Positions 51,032 through 61,155 of a DNA stretch of 64,000 nt are shown piece after piece; the first letter of the stretch is position 1; each line of letters opens with the position of its first letter. The notes beneath the pieces are model-generated. The model saw only the letters and a program-made list of their open reading frames with translations, had not been told where the DNA came from and made no database searches. Source of the DNA: an uncultured candidate division Zixibacteria bacterium (GTDB lineage Bacteria > Zixibacteria > MSB-5A5 > GN15 > FEB-12); assembly GCA_963806185.1 (NCBI GenBank), contig CAWDXE010000001.1, forward strand, positions 128,001-192,000, written 5' to 3'. The translations under genes were made by a program, and so were the position numbers.

Positions 51032-51745
51032 TCACCACTGCATTTTGTATACCCGCTGTCCCCCGGCCGGCGTCGACCCGCTTCCGCGCATCCTGTAAAT
51101 CGCTTTGATCGCCACCCAGCCGAAGACAAATCCGCCGACGTGCGCCAGCCAGGCCGTGCCTCCGCCCGACGAAATATCGGCTACCGACATGACCAGTTGG
51201 ATCGCAAACCAGATCCCCAGCACAACCTTCGCGGGCAACGTGACAAACTGAATGAAGAAAAACACGATAAGACAGGTGATTTCCGCCCTCGGATGCAGCA
51301 CCAGATACGCTCCCATCACGCCGGCTATCGCTCCCGATGCACCCACCAACGGCACGGCGGAATGGGGATTGAACAACGTATACATCGCAATCGCCAACAG
51401 CCCCGCGGCCAGGTAGAAGAGCAGATATTTGACCGGGCCGAAATAGTCCTCCACATTGTTGCCGAAAATCCAGAGAAACAGCATGTTGCCGATCAAATGC
51501 CACCACCCCCCATGCATGAACATCGAACTGAACGGCGTCACGTAGAGCGTGCCGGCGTCCAGGTACGGACTCTGGGCATTCAGGAAATAACCCGGCGTGA
51601 ACCCGTACGACACGATGAGAAACTGAAATCGCTCCAATCCGCCCATCCACGTAAACAGGAATATCAGGCTGTTCACCGCGATCAGCCCGATCGTGACGAC
51701 CGGCGTGCGCATGGTCGGATTGTCATCTCGAAGGGGAAAAAACAC
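51032..51745 (-). CDS. Rhomboid family intramembrane serine protease
   Basis: SMFMHGGWWHLIGNM, GASGAIAGV, AHVGGF. Confidence 0.94.
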   Translation of the reverse strand: MFFPLRDDNPTMRTPVVTIGLIAVNSLIFLFTWMGGLERFQFLIVSYGFTPGYFLNAQSPYLDAGTLYVTPFSSMFMHGGWWHLIGNMLFLWIFGNNVEDYFGPVKYLLFYLAAGLLAIAMYTLFNPHSAVPLVGASGAIAGVMGAYLVLHPRAEITCLIVFFFIQFVTLPAKVVLGIWFAIQLVMSVADISSGGGTAWLAHVGGFVFGWVAIKAIYRMRGSGSTPAGGQRVYKMQW

Positions 51746-51755
51746 TCGCGTTCCT

Positions 51756-54101
51756 CTACTTGTGACCGGACCCGGCTTTGGTCTTCTTAACCGCCCCGAC
51801 CGCAGGTTTCTTGCCTTCTATGACACTGAAAATGGAAAACTGCTCCGTGCGGTTGCCGGCTCGATCGGTCACCGTCACTGCAAGGTGATGATCCCCCACC
51901 GCCAGCGAATCCGGGGGCTGGAACCGACATTGTTTTGCCTCCGGATCATACTCCGGTATCATCCACTTGTTGTCCAGTTTGATGTCAATCGACCGATCAT
52001 CGGCCAATCCGGACAGCGTGTCGCGTACCGTAAAAGTAATCTTCGGCAATCGATCGGTTATGACCGAACGCGGCGGAATACTGAAATCCCCGACATACGG
52101 CCGCTCAACATCCATGACCGCGGCAAACGACCCGCTCCCGGTTGTCGTCGCTGTCAGCGTATCGTTACGAAAGACATTGTCACCCAGCCAGACCCAGCGA
52201 TCAGCCGCCTTGTCCAGCCAGCAAATTCCCGAAATCGCATTGGTGGCCGACCCGGGCGGCAACGTGACTTGCAGAGTGTACCCCCGCTTCGCAACGAATT
52301 CTTCCGGGAGTACTTCATAGTAGCTCGAATTCAGTTTCATCAATCCCGGATTCATGAGCTTGTTCGCGCGTACGCCGACAAAGCGCGGGAAAAACAGATC
52401 GTCCTTTTCAAATATCACACGCGCCTTCTCATCCAGAACGAGCGTATCGGCACCCCGTATTCCCGCCACGGCCAGGTTAACCTCCTCCGTGTCCAGCAGG
52501 GGATAGAGACTGTCCGGCACCGTCACGAGACCGATCTTGTCGACCCGGACATACTGTTCGCGCGCCGGGATCAGCACGTAGTACGCGCTCATACTGAAAT
52601 ACTGCGCCGGCTTTTCAATACCGAGGAGCTGACCTCGGTAATACAACTGCACCCGAGGTACCATCGCAAACCGCTCGTCCGAAAGAACTTTCACCAGCAC
52701 GCCGTCGTGTGTCAATTCCCATTCCAGCCTGGCGCGCACCCCTTGCTTGTCGCGAATGCCGCTAAACGGTTGATCGAGGTGCACTATCTGATTCCCCGTA
52801 TAATAACCCAGCGCCATGACAACGTTTTCCGGATTGCGCGCGACCACCGTGAGAACCGGATGGCGCTTGTCCCGCCGGGAGATGATCGCATTGTTCCCGC
52901 GACCCCATCTGTCCGATTTGTTCACGCAGACCGCAATCGAGTCAAACGCCAATCGATCATAATCGGTACACGTGGTCAGGAAATATCTCGTGGTGTCTGC
53001 AGCCCCGGTGACAGCCGAGTCCACGACCATCGCGTTCCCCGTCGGTCCCTGCCGATAGGTGAATGTCAAGGTCGCCGTGTTGCCGGCGAAATCGCCCGCC
53101 TCAATTCTCACCCGGCGCATGCCGACGTGGCGGTCTGCGTCCATGCCAATGATACCCCTGTATTCATTGGTGGCGCGACTCCCGGCAAATTCATCACCCG
53201 GCGACTGATACAGCCGCCTCACCCTGTTCTTTCCGACTGACACCTGGCCAAAGCTGTATTCAAAGTACGACGCCTGGCCGGTCGCGAAATCCAGCGTGTC
53301 AAACTTTGACTCGTACCAGAGACTGTCATCCACGTAGACCCGCAGACTGTACACCGCCTGCTCCATCCCGTCTGCTCGCATCCGATCGGAACACTCAACC
53401 AGCAGGCCGAACGGTCGATCAAGGTAGGGAATCGTATCGACCACCGCCTGCCCCGCCTTGCCTGCTCCTTTCACTGAGAAGAACCACTGACGTTTGCCAT
53501 CGGGAAGAAGCGACCGCTCGTCCGTCAACTCGATCCCCAGTCGCGTGAAGCTCGGCCGCACCTTGTCTTTGAGCGGGAAACCGTGACGTAGCGGATTGAT
53601 AGGTTTGTCCTCGGCGGTTCTCGATTCAAAATGCAAATGCGGCGCCCCCGAGCCGGTTTGTCCGGACAGGGCGATCAACTCGCCCTGGCGTACGCGCAGT
53701 GAATCCTTCGGGAAAAAGAGATCCTCGTAATACCGCTGGTCACGGTACTGAGCCGCTTTAAGCGCCCGGTCCACGGTCGGTGCATATTGATCGAGATGAC
53801 CGAATACATACGTCCGACCGTCATCCCCGGCGACGTAGAGCCCCTTGCCGTAGCCAAAGTAAGACGTCTTAACTCGCTTGACGTACCCGTCTACCGGCGC
53901 AAATACTTTGGCTCCGATCCGACCCCCAGTCCGAATATCCAGTCCGGCATGAAAGCGGCCCGAGCGATAATCTCCAAAGCCCGAGGCAAGATCAATAGCA
54001 TTGTCTACCGGCCATCTCACCGAACTGGCATAAGATGTTGTAAGACAGGCAATTAAAAAAGTACAGCACGTGGCGACCAAAAAGCGAAATATCTGCATCA
54101 A
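51756..54101 (-). CDS. Large exported M23 family metallopeptidase
   Basis: FHAGLD, GYGKGL, FGHL, GAPHLHFE; Ig-like C-terminus. Confidence 0.88.
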   Translation of the reverse strand: MMQIFRFLVATCCTFLIACLTTSYASSVRWPVDNAIDLASGFGDYRSGRFHAGLDIRTGGRIGAKVFAPVDGYVKRVKTSYFGYGKGLYVAGDDGRTYVFGHLDQYAPTVDRALKAAQYRDQRYYEDLFFPKDSLRVRQGELIALSGQTGSGAPHLHFESRTAEDKPINPLRHGFPLKDKVRPSFTRLGIELTDERSLLPDGKRQWFFSVKGAGKAGQAVVDTIPYLDRPFGLLVECSDRMRADGMEQAVYSLRVYVDDSLWYESKFDTLDFATGQASYFEYSFGQVSVGKNRVRRLYQSPGDEFAGSRATNEYRGIIGMDADRHVGMRRVRIEAGDFAGNTATLTFTYRQGPTGNAMVVDSAVTGAADTTRYFLTTCTDYDRLAFDSIAVCVNKSDRWGRGNNAIISRRDKRHPVLTVVARNPENVVMALGYYTGNQIVHLDQPFSGIRDKQGVRARLEWELTHDGVLVKVLSDERFAMVPRVQLYYRGQLLGIEKPAQYFSMSAYYVLIPAREQYVRVDKIGLVTVPDSLYPLLDTEEVNLAVAGIRGADTLVLDEKARVIFEKDDLFFPRFVGVRANKLMNPGLMKLNSSYYEVLPEEFVAKRGYTLQVTLPPGSATNAISGICWLDKAADRWVWLGDNVFRNDTLTATTTGSGSFAAVMDVERPYVGDFSIPPRSVITDRLPKITFTVRDTLSGLADDRSIDIKLDNKWMIPEYDPEAKQCRFQPPDSLAVGDHHLAVTVTDRAGNRTEQFSIFSVIEGKKPAVGAVKKTKAGSGHK

Positions 54102-54306
54102 TTACCTTTTCCCATCCGAGTTTGTCTCCTGTATACAAGTATATCGGCTCACTGTTTCGGCACCAACTTTTTTGTCGGTCAAATAGACCCCAAACCTTGC
54201 CGAAACCGCCGATTATAGTATATTTGGGATTCTTGTTAACCGACGGGCGCACCCCGCTCTAACTGGCAACGGGCAGACATAGCGGCTGTCCAGAGGAGTC
54301 TTGCAG

Positions 54307-56157
54307 ATGTTTGAGACCTTACGCAAATTGATCTTCCCCATAATCATCGTCGTTTTGTTGTTCTTCGTGGCCATGATCATTCTCGAGTGGGGTCTGAATT
54401 TCACCGGTCGCGGCAAATACACTACGGTTTCCTACGCCGCTAAGATCAACGGCGAGGAGATTCCTTTCGATTACTACCAGCGCATCTACAACAACATGTA
54501 TCAGGCAGAGTCCCAGCAGGCTGAGGGCGAAGTCACGGAAGAACGCTCCCGCCAGTTGGAAACAGAGGCCTGGAACCAGCTCCTTCAGGATCGCCTCCTC
54601 CAACAACAGGCCAAGAAGCATAACATCGTCGTGACCGACGAAGACATCTTCTTCTACCTCCGCAACAACCCGCCGGAATATGTGCGTCAGCAGCCCAGCT
54701 TCCAGACCAACGGCCAGTTTGACTACCAGAAATACGTGCAGGCGATGGTTGATCCGCAGAACGCTCCGTTCTGGACGGCTGTCGAGACCAACGTTCGCGC
54801 CGATCTGACTAAAATGAAGATGCAGCAGCTGGTCATCGACGCCGTTACCGTCACCGACCCCGAGGTTCAGCAGGCTGAACTTGATCAGCTCGAACAGGTC
54901 CGCGTCAACGCCATTAACGCGACCTGGACCAAGTACTATGCGACTGCGCAGCAGCCGACCGCCGACGAAGTTGCGTCATATTTCGAAAGCCACAAAGAAG
55001 ACTACAAGCAGCCCGAGCGGGCGATATTCAATATCGTGTTTCTGCAAAAGCAGCCGAGCGATCTCGATCGTGAATCGGCCCGTCAACAAATCGCCGCAAT
55101 TTACGATTCGGTCAAGGCAGGCGCTGATTTTGCCGAAATGGCCAGGAGTTACTCCAGCGACGGCAGCGCCTCGCAGGGCGGCGACCTGGGCTGGCTCAGC
55201 GCAGGGCAAACGATCAAGGAGTTTGACACCCACGCCTTCAGCATGAAGTCCGGGGAAATCTCCGAGCCGTTTCTGACCCAGTTCGGATGGCACATCATCA
55301 AACACGAAGGATACCGTGACACGACGATGGCCGTGGAGGCCAACAAGGCCCCCGAGAAGGTTCGTCAGGCCAAGGTCGCCCATATCCTGATCAAAGTCGA
55401 GTCGTCCCAGGCAACCCTCGACGGCATATTCCAGAAGCTGCAAGAGTTCCAGACCGAGGCGCCCAAAACCGGCTTCGAGGCCGCCGCTAAGGAACTCGGC
55501 CTTACGGTTCAGAAGACCCCGCCGTTTGCCAAGGGTGGTCCGATTCAGACTCTGGGCAATCTCCCCAGCGCCCATGACTTCGCCTTTTCCGCCAAACCGG
55601 GCGAAATCTCCCAGGTCTTTGACCTCAGTTCAGGCTACGCCGTCGCCCAACTGGATAAGCGACTGGAAGCCGGTCTGCCCACGCTTGACGACGTTCGGGA
55701 TCGGGTGAAAAACGATGCCCTCCGCGTTCAGGTCGCCAAGATATGCGACGACGTCATGGCTAGTGTCTACAAGGCGATGAAAAGCGGAGTACCTGCCGAA
55801 CAGGCCGCCAAAAGTCAAGGACTCACCTACGACACAATCCCGGCCTTCTCCCGCACCGGCTTCATCCCAGGGCTCGGTCGCCCGTCACGAGCCATTGGCG
55901 AGGCCTTCTCGCTGAAAAAACCCGGCGAATTTACCCCGCCAGTCAATCATGACGTCGGCACGATCATCTTCGTCCTGCGTGAACGTATTTCCCCGGACCT
56001 GACCCAGCTTAATGACAAGCGCGACTCTGTGTACAACTCCGTCCTGTACGCCAAACAGCAGGAAGTCTACACGCGCTGGTTCGAAAATCTGATTAAGAAC
56101 TCGAATATCGAGAACAATATCGAGCAGCTGAATCGCGGCACCGTCACGACTCAGTGA
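54307..56157 (+). CDS. ppiD: Membrane-anchored peptidyl-prolyl isomerase (SurA N-domain + rotamase)
   Basis: N-terminal TM, AKINGEEI, FAEMARSYS, GGDLGW, TQFGWHII, HILIK; SD AGAGGAG. Confidence 0.85.
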   Translation: MFETLRKLIFPIIIVVLLFFVAMIILEWGLNFTGRGKYTTVSYAAKINGEEIPFDYYQRIYNNMYQAESQQAEGEVTEERSRQLETEAWNQLLQDRLLQQQAKKHNIVVTDEDIFFYLRNNPPEYVRQQPSFQTNGQFDYQKYVQAMVDPQNAPFWTAVETNVRADLTKMKMQQLVIDAVTVTDPEVQQAELDQLEQVRVNAINATWTKYYATAQQPTADEVASYFESHKEDYKQPERAIFNIVFLQKQPSDLDRESARQQIAAIYDSVKAGADFAEMARSYSSDGSASQGGDLGWLSAGQTIKEFDTHAFSMKSGEISEPFLTQFGWHIIKHEGYRDTTMAVEANKAPEKVRQAKVAHILIKVESSQATLDGIFQKLQEFQTEAPKTGFEAAAKELGLTVQKTPPFAKGGPIQTLGNLPSAHDFAFSAKPGEISQVFDLSSGYAVAQLDKRLEAGLPTLDDVRDRVKNDALRVQVAKICDDVMASVYKAMKSGVPAEQAAKSQGLTYDTIPAFSRTGFIPGLGRPSRAIGEAFSLKKPGEFTPPVNHDVGTIIFVLRERISPDLTQLNDKRDSVYNSVLYAKQQEVYTRWFENLIKNSNIENNIEQLNRGTVTTQ

Positions 56158-56192
56158 GCGACGATCAGCAGTGAATATTGCCAGGACTCCCG

Positions 56193-56438
56193 TCAACCAC
56201 GGGAGTCTTTTCTTTTGGCGGTGAATAACTGTACCAGCGAGACCACGGCCCACGCCCCCTCCAGGATCACGAAGGGCACGTTGCCTCCCGCCCAGGCATA
56301 CCACGCCGCCATCCCGGATCCGACCAGGTTCATCGACAAATACCCCCCACCCGTCTGCGCCATCTTGCCAAATTGGTTCAGCGCGTATGCCGCCAGCAGT
56401 ATTGCGACACCCGCCGATCCGATGATCGTTGGATTCAT
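56193..56438 (-). CDS. Small membrane protein (CBU_0592-like)
   Basis: IGSAGVAILLAAY...YLSMNLVGS...PFVILEGAWAVVSL. Confidence 0.75.
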   Translation of the reverse strand: MNPTIIGSAGVAILLAAYALNQFGKMAQTGGGYLSMNLVGSGMAAWYAWAGGNVPFVILEGAWAVVSLVQLFTAKRKDSRG

Positions 56439-56513
56439 GCGTGATTTCTCCCTCGTTGATGCGCCGCCCAGACCTGGAGTAGGCCGACGGAAGTAATAGG
56501 ACAGTGTGTAATC

Positions 56514-57311
56514 TTACAGGAGAAGCTTGGAGGCTTGCCTGCTCCGACGAGCTGTCCGCCGGGGCAACTTCTGCCGGAAATCGCGGACTTCGACAATATC
56601 GAGTGTGGCGGTCACCAGACGCTTGTGCTGCTCTCCTCCGATATCAACTCGCTCCATCACCCCCCACGGCGCCGCCACGAGCGACCGCCCCTGCAATGGG
56701 TGGGAAAATATTGTCCCCACACCACAGACCTTGATGACGTACGCGCCGGCGGTCGATGCCCCGGCGACAAAATAACGCTCATCCCGCTCGTGTTTCTCTT
56801 GCAGCGTGTCGGCCGGCCGATAGGGTGATGTCGTCGGAATGAAGATAACGTCCGCTCCCTCGTCAGCCAGCTCGTCAAATCGCTCCGGAAAGAAAACGTC
56901 TCCACAGATCATGACACCGACACGCACACCGTCACAGTCCAGAACGAGATTTTCCGAACCCGGTGCTATCCCGCGCGCCGCCTCGCGCTCGACCGGATGG
57001 CGCTTTCGATACGAGCCCAGGACCTGCCCGCGATCAAACACGTAGGCAACATTGAACAGCCGGTCCCCGACTGCCTCCACCACCGTCCCCCCAATCAGCA
57101 CCGTGTGCAGTTCATCACTGAGACGGCCGAGGTAGCTGAGCCACTCCCTTCGCTGGAGCGCCGCCCGGGAATAGTCGGTTATCGATCCGTCGACCAGGGA
57201 GTACTCGGGCAGACAGACAAAGTCCGGCTGCTGCTTGAAGATATGAATCTTCTCTTCCAGCGTCAGCCGTTCGCCCATCCGGGCCTGTACCGCAATGACC
57301 TTAATTAACAT
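56514..57311 (-). CDS. Carbon-nitrogen hydrolase family protein
   Basis: E-K-C triad: LPEY, YRKRH, MICGD; GRSLVAAPWG. Confidence 0.9.
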   Translation of the reverse strand: MLIKVIAVQARMGERLTLEEKIHIFKQQPDFVCLPEYSLVDGSITDYSRAALQRREWLSYLGRLSDELHTVLIGGTVVEAVGDRLFNVAYVFDRGQVLGSYRKRHPVEREAARGIAPGSENLVLDCDGVRVGVMICGDVFFPERFDELADEGADVIFIPTTSPYRPADTLQEKHERDERYFVAGASTAGAYVIKVCGVGTIFSHPLQGRSLVAAPWGVMERVDIGGEQHKRLVTATLDIVEVRDFRQKLPRRTARRSRQASKLLL

Positions 57312-57427
57312 TTAGCGACAATCCGCCACTGTCACACCCTTGTACGACGCCGCCACGCGCGTTGTTCGCACGGCCGCAAAAAAACATCGGGTCGACCGCG
57401 AGGATCGACCCATAGTCGACAGTTGTC

Positions 57428-59104
57428 TCAGAGATTCGTGTAGTTGGGTCCCTCGCCCCCCTGGGGCGTCACCCAGCGGATGATCTGGTAAGGATCCGCT
57501 ATGTCGCACGTCTTGCAGTGCACGCAATTTGACGGCGTGAGCTGAAGTTTCGTCTTGCCCGGCCGGGTCTCGTCCTCAACCATATTGTACACCGTGGCCG
57601 GACAGAAATGCTGGCACGGGTTGCCGTACTCCAGCGTACACCGATTGTTGCAGATATCATAGTCGGCAATCACCAGGTGCGAAGGCTGGTGCTCCTCGTG
57701 CATCGTCCCCGACTTGTAAACGTCGGTCACCTTGTCGAAGGTCAACTTGGCGTCAAACTTGACTTCCACTTTCTTCGGTTCGTGCCCAAACCGGCGCGCG
57801 TAGTCCGCGATCGGCAGCATGTATTCGTGATCGCTCTTGTGACCCTGTCGATCGAACAGCCCGCGTCCCCCCGTCACCGTCTGCATGCCCGCATGGAACA
57901 CGCCCGACCATATGCCACCGTGGAAAGCGGCGTGGAAATTGCGCGACTTCCATAACTCCGCTTTGGCCCAGCTCGCTTCGAACCGTCGACCGTATTCCGC
58001 CAGCCTGTCGGTGGAGAAATCGCCCGCTTTCGCGCAGGCAAACAACGTCTCGGCCGCCATCATCCCCGATTTGATTGCCAGATGAATACCCTTCAAACGG
58101 CTCGCATCGAGAAACCCGCCCGAATCGCCGCACAAGAGCAAGCCGTCATGGTACAATTTGGGCATCGAGTAGTACCCGCCCACCGGAATCGTCTTCGCTC
58201 CGTAGTGAAGCATCGTCCCGCCGTCGAGTATCCCGCGAACCAGCTTGTGCGTCTTGTACCGCTGAAACTTCATGTGCGGATCATTGGTCGGATCGGGTGA
58301 ATCCAGCCCGACGCAGTACCCCACCGACACCATCGTGTCGCTCATACCATAAACCCAACCACCGCCGTATTCGTTGCTCGGCTGCGGCCAACCGGCCGTA
58401 TGAATGACTTCGCCCGCGACAATTCGCCCGGCGGGCACGTCCCAAACTTCCTTGACGCCGGTCAGATACTGCTGCGGCAGACTGTCGCGCCGGAGCTCCG
58501 GTATCTTCTCGAACGCATGTTTCGTCAGCGACCCGTGAACGCCTTCGCACAGTACCGTTACTTTCGGTTTAATGAGCGAACCCGGTTCAAAATTACCCTT
58601 TGGACTGCCGTCCTTATCCAGCCCCATATCGACCGTCTGCACGCCCGTCACCCGTCCGTCTTCGACCAGCAGGTCAAACCCGGCCATCCCGGCGTAAATG
58701 TCCACCCCTTCACCTTCCACCTGCTGGGCCAGCCAGCCGGTCAGCTTGTTGAGCGAGACAATATAGTTGCCGTGATTCTGTAATGTGGGTGGATTGAATG
58801 GTGCTTTGATCGAACCCGATTCGGTGAGCAGATGGAACGCGTCCTTGCTCACAGCCGCTTCCAGCGGTGCCCCCTTCTCGCGAAAATCGGACATCAGTTC
58901 CGTTAGACCGCGCGGATCCATGACGGCGCCCGATAGTGAATGAGCACCGACATACGACCCCTTATCCATGAGAAGGATCTCCGGCATCGTCACCGACCCG
59001 TCGGCCTTCACCAATTTGGCCAGATGATAAGCAAGCGCCAGACCCGCCGGGCCGGCGCCAACGATCAGAATGTCTGTCTCGAGAATTTCGCGCTCAATAT
59101 CCAT
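57428..59104 (-). CDS. Electron transfer flavoprotein-quinone oxidoreductase
   Basis: IVGAGPAGL, GAHSLSGAV, NHGNY, KGIHLAIKSG, FCPA, NCVHCKTCDIADP, GGEGPNY. Confidence 0.95.
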   Translation of the reverse strand: MDIEREILETDILIVGAGPAGLALAYHLAKLVKADGSVTMPEILLMDKGSYVGAHSLSGAVMDPRGLTELMSDFREKGAPLEAAVSKDAFHLLTESGSIKAPFNPPTLQNHGNYIVSLNKLTGWLAQQVEGEGVDIYAGMAGFDLLVEDGRVTGVQTVDMGLDKDGSPKGNFEPGSLIKPKVTVLCEGVHGSLTKHAFEKIPELRRDSLPQQYLTGVKEVWDVPAGRIVAGEVIHTAGWPQPSNEYGGGWVYGMSDTMVSVGYCVGLDSPDPTNDPHMKFQRYKTHKLVRGILDGGTMLHYGAKTIPVGGYYSMPKLYHDGLLLCGDSGGFLDASRLKGIHLAIKSGMMAAETLFACAKAGDFSTDRLAEYGRRFEASWAKAELWKSRNFHAAFHGGIWSGVFHAGMQTVTGGRGLFDRQGHKSDHEYMLPIADYARRFGHEPKKVEVKFDAKLTFDKVTDVYKSGTMHEEHQPSHLVIADYDICNNRCTLEYGNPCQHFCPATVYNMVEDETRPGKTKLQLTPSNCVHCKTCDIADPYQIIRWVTPQGGEGPNYTNL

Positions 59105-59187
59105 AGGTCTCCCGCTATTCACGCTTCGGCGAATAGGGGAATATACGACGGGAGAATGTGGGAAAACAAGAGGGGGCTACGATCGAT

Positions 59188-59622
59188 CTACTTGGAAGTA
59201 CTCGAAGGTACAGCTTCGCTCTGGCCCTCTTTTTCGGAATCGCCACCCTTGCCATTGCCGTTCTGATTGATCTGCAACATCTCGGATATCTTGCGACGAT
59301 CACAGCCCACCGTCATCAGCCGGGCCGTCTTGATGATCGGCCGACGAAGCAGCGTCTGATCCTCAAGAATCATCTTTACGATCTCCGCCCGCTCCGGAGT
59401 CGACTTGTCCAGGCCGTTCTTTTCGAACGCCGGAGATCCGGGATTCAGAAAATGGGTTATTTCAAAATACCCCAGCAGGCGCTTCAGCTCATCTTCGTTT
59501 AGTGGATTCTTCTTAATGTCACGAATATCCATGTCAATGCCGGCATCTTCGATGAATCGGCGCGTGTCACTGCACCGTTCCTCGTCACCATAAGTTATAT
59601 ATACGGCCCGTTTTGGCGCCAT
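59188..59622 (-). CDS. ArsC/Spx/MgsR family protein
   Basis: RDIKKNPL..DEL, LLRRPII, VG; SD GAGGAGG; first Cys of CxxC absent (DEERC). Confidence 0.8.
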   Translation of the reverse strand: MAPKRAVYITYGDEERCSDTRRFIEDAGIDMDIRDIKKNPLNEDELKRLLGYFEITHFLNPGSPAFEKNGLDKSTPERAEIVKMILEDQTLLRRPIIKTARLMTVGCDRRKISEMLQINQNGNGKGGDSEKEGQSEAVPSSTSK

Positions 59623-59633
59623 AAGACCTCCTC

Positions 59634-59778
59634 GAAACCACACCTTGGCGTGGCCCATCATATTGAACCGGGGTCAAGGTCCAGACACTCGTCTTTGTCG
59701 TGAATCTTCAGCAGACCTGCACGTGTGCTCACCGTGAGAACCGCGACCTAACTAATCCGACTGGATTCTTGAGCCGGT
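59634..59778 (-). ncRNA. Candidate structured RNA (6S-like or 5' leader)
   Basis: Outer stem ACCGGCTCAAGAATCCAG/CTGGACCTTGACCCCGGT, 13x12-nt internal bubble, inner stem, then a GU-containing hairpin before the SD; TTGACA at 59803-59808. Confidence 0.4.
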
Positions 59779-59988
59779 ATAAAAACATCTTGTCACTGCA
59801 TCTGTCAATAAAAAAGTACGTCGAACTTCCTCTGCATACCTGACCATCGTCGCGACTTCTGCGCCAACTGGCCTCGCCCCCCTCATGTTGTCTCGTATTC
59901 ATGGGCACCGAACTCGGCTATCCTCAAGCTCTTACAGCTTCAACGGCGTTTATCTGAGGATCCCGGGAGCGATGCGCCCCCATGGACA

Positions 59989-60015
59989 GTATCGGAAAAA
60001 GATGCGACAACTTGA
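59989..60015 (-). promoter_or_regulatory. Sigma-28-like promoter
   Basis: Minus strand TCAA-N15-TCCGATAC. Confidence 0.5.
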
Positions 60016-60106
60016 TTAGCTTGTCTACTCGGTATAACGAAATTCCCTGAGATTGGTTCCAATCAGCAGTAAATTTCTCGCCCGACCGTGACCTTGCCCA
60101 CCGAAC

Positions 60107-60730
60107 TCACCTGCGGACGGCAACGGCTACACCGTCGCGCAACGGCATGATCGTGGTAAAGAAGCGATCATCAGCGTACAGCCGCTCCGTGAACTGCACA
60201 ATCGCCTTCGTGGTGGCGTCGCGGTTTCTGCGACAAACTTTGCCCGACCAGATGACGTTATCGGTGATGAACAAGCCGCCGGGGCGCAGTCGCTCTGCAA
60301 CCAGATCAATCGTCCTGGGGTAGTCCTTTTTGTCGATATCGTTTAGAATGATATCGAACGGCCCCCTCTCCGATTTCGCGATGCGCAGCGCGTCTCCCAG
60401 CCGATAATCAAAGGTCGTCTTCAGCCCCGCCTCGGCCAGATACGCTGCCGCCAGCTTTTTGTTCTTCGCCGACGAATCGGTCATGATGATCTTCCCCTTC
60501 GCCCCCATCGCCATCGCAAACCAATACGCCGAATACCCGTATCCTGAGCCAAGCTCCAGCACCTTCTTCGCCTTGATCAACTCGGCCATCTGATAAAGAA
60601 ATCGCCCCACGAGTGGTCCGATGATGGGAAACCCGTTTTCCGCCGCGTATGCCTCCATCCGCGTCATGACTTCCGGGCGCTCCGGCGTGACTTTGTGCAA
60701 ATACTTATGAATGTCCTGAAACATCGGCAT
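60107..60730 (-). CDS. SAM-dependent O-methyltransferase (class I)
   Basis: VLELGSGYGYSA, GDAL, FDIILNDIDKKDY, LRPGGLFITDNV. Confidence 0.92.
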   Translation of the reverse strand: MPMFQDIHKYLHKVTPERPEVMTRMEAYAAENGFPIIGPLVGRFLYQMAELIKAKKVLELGSGYGYSAYWFAMAMGAKGKIIMTDSSAKNKKLAAAYLAEAGLKTTFDYRLGDALRIAKSERGPFDIILNDIDKKDYPRTIDLVAERLRPGGLFITDNVIWSGKVCRRNRDATTKAIVQFTERLYADDRFFTTIMPLRDGVAVAVRR

Positions 60731-60733
60731 CTC

Positions 60734-61042
60734 TTACTCCCAAATCAGATAGATTTCGTCCCCTTCAACTTCCACTTCGTACAGTTTGAGCTTGAAGCCT
60801 TCGGTTGTCAGGCACTTCCCCGTGCGCAGATCGTATTTCCAGCCGTGCCAATTGCAGGTCAACACGCCATGTTCAACTCCACCCTTGGCCAGCGATGCCC
60901 GCATATGCTTGCAGTCCGACTCCACGCCATACAATGTACCGTTTTCGTTAAACACCGCAATGCGCCGGGCCATAATGCTCTTCTCGATCGCCTGCCCGGG
61001 CGAAAGCGAGGACATCTTCCCCATCAGAATACGCTTGGCCAT
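60734..61042 (-). CDS. Rieske [2Fe-2S] ferredoxin
   Basis: CKH...CNWH, YDLRTG, YEVEVEG. Confidence 0.88.
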   Translation of the reverse strand: MAKRILMGKMSSLSPGQAIEKSIMARRIAVFNENGTLYGVESDCKHMRASLAKGGVEHGVLTCNWHGWKYDLRTGKCLTTEGFKLKLYEVEVEGDEIYLIWE

Positions 61043-61155
61043 ACACCAACGGTACCCGACGCGGGTACAATTTAACACAACAATTTTTGGATTGCCGTTG
61101 TGACGACGGCCCTCAAACATGCACCCGATCAACCTACCCAGCGCAACTCCTGCGA

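Noticed and set aside
51693..53240. 515-aa plus-strand ORF and other long shadow ORFs
   Set aside because: Antisense to well-supported genes, Arg/His-rich with no motifs; expected in GC-rich DNA
54140..54215. Two more sigma-28-like boxes between the M23 gene and ppiD
   Set aside because: GCCGAT cores are present, but there is no acceptable -35 at a 15-nt spacing
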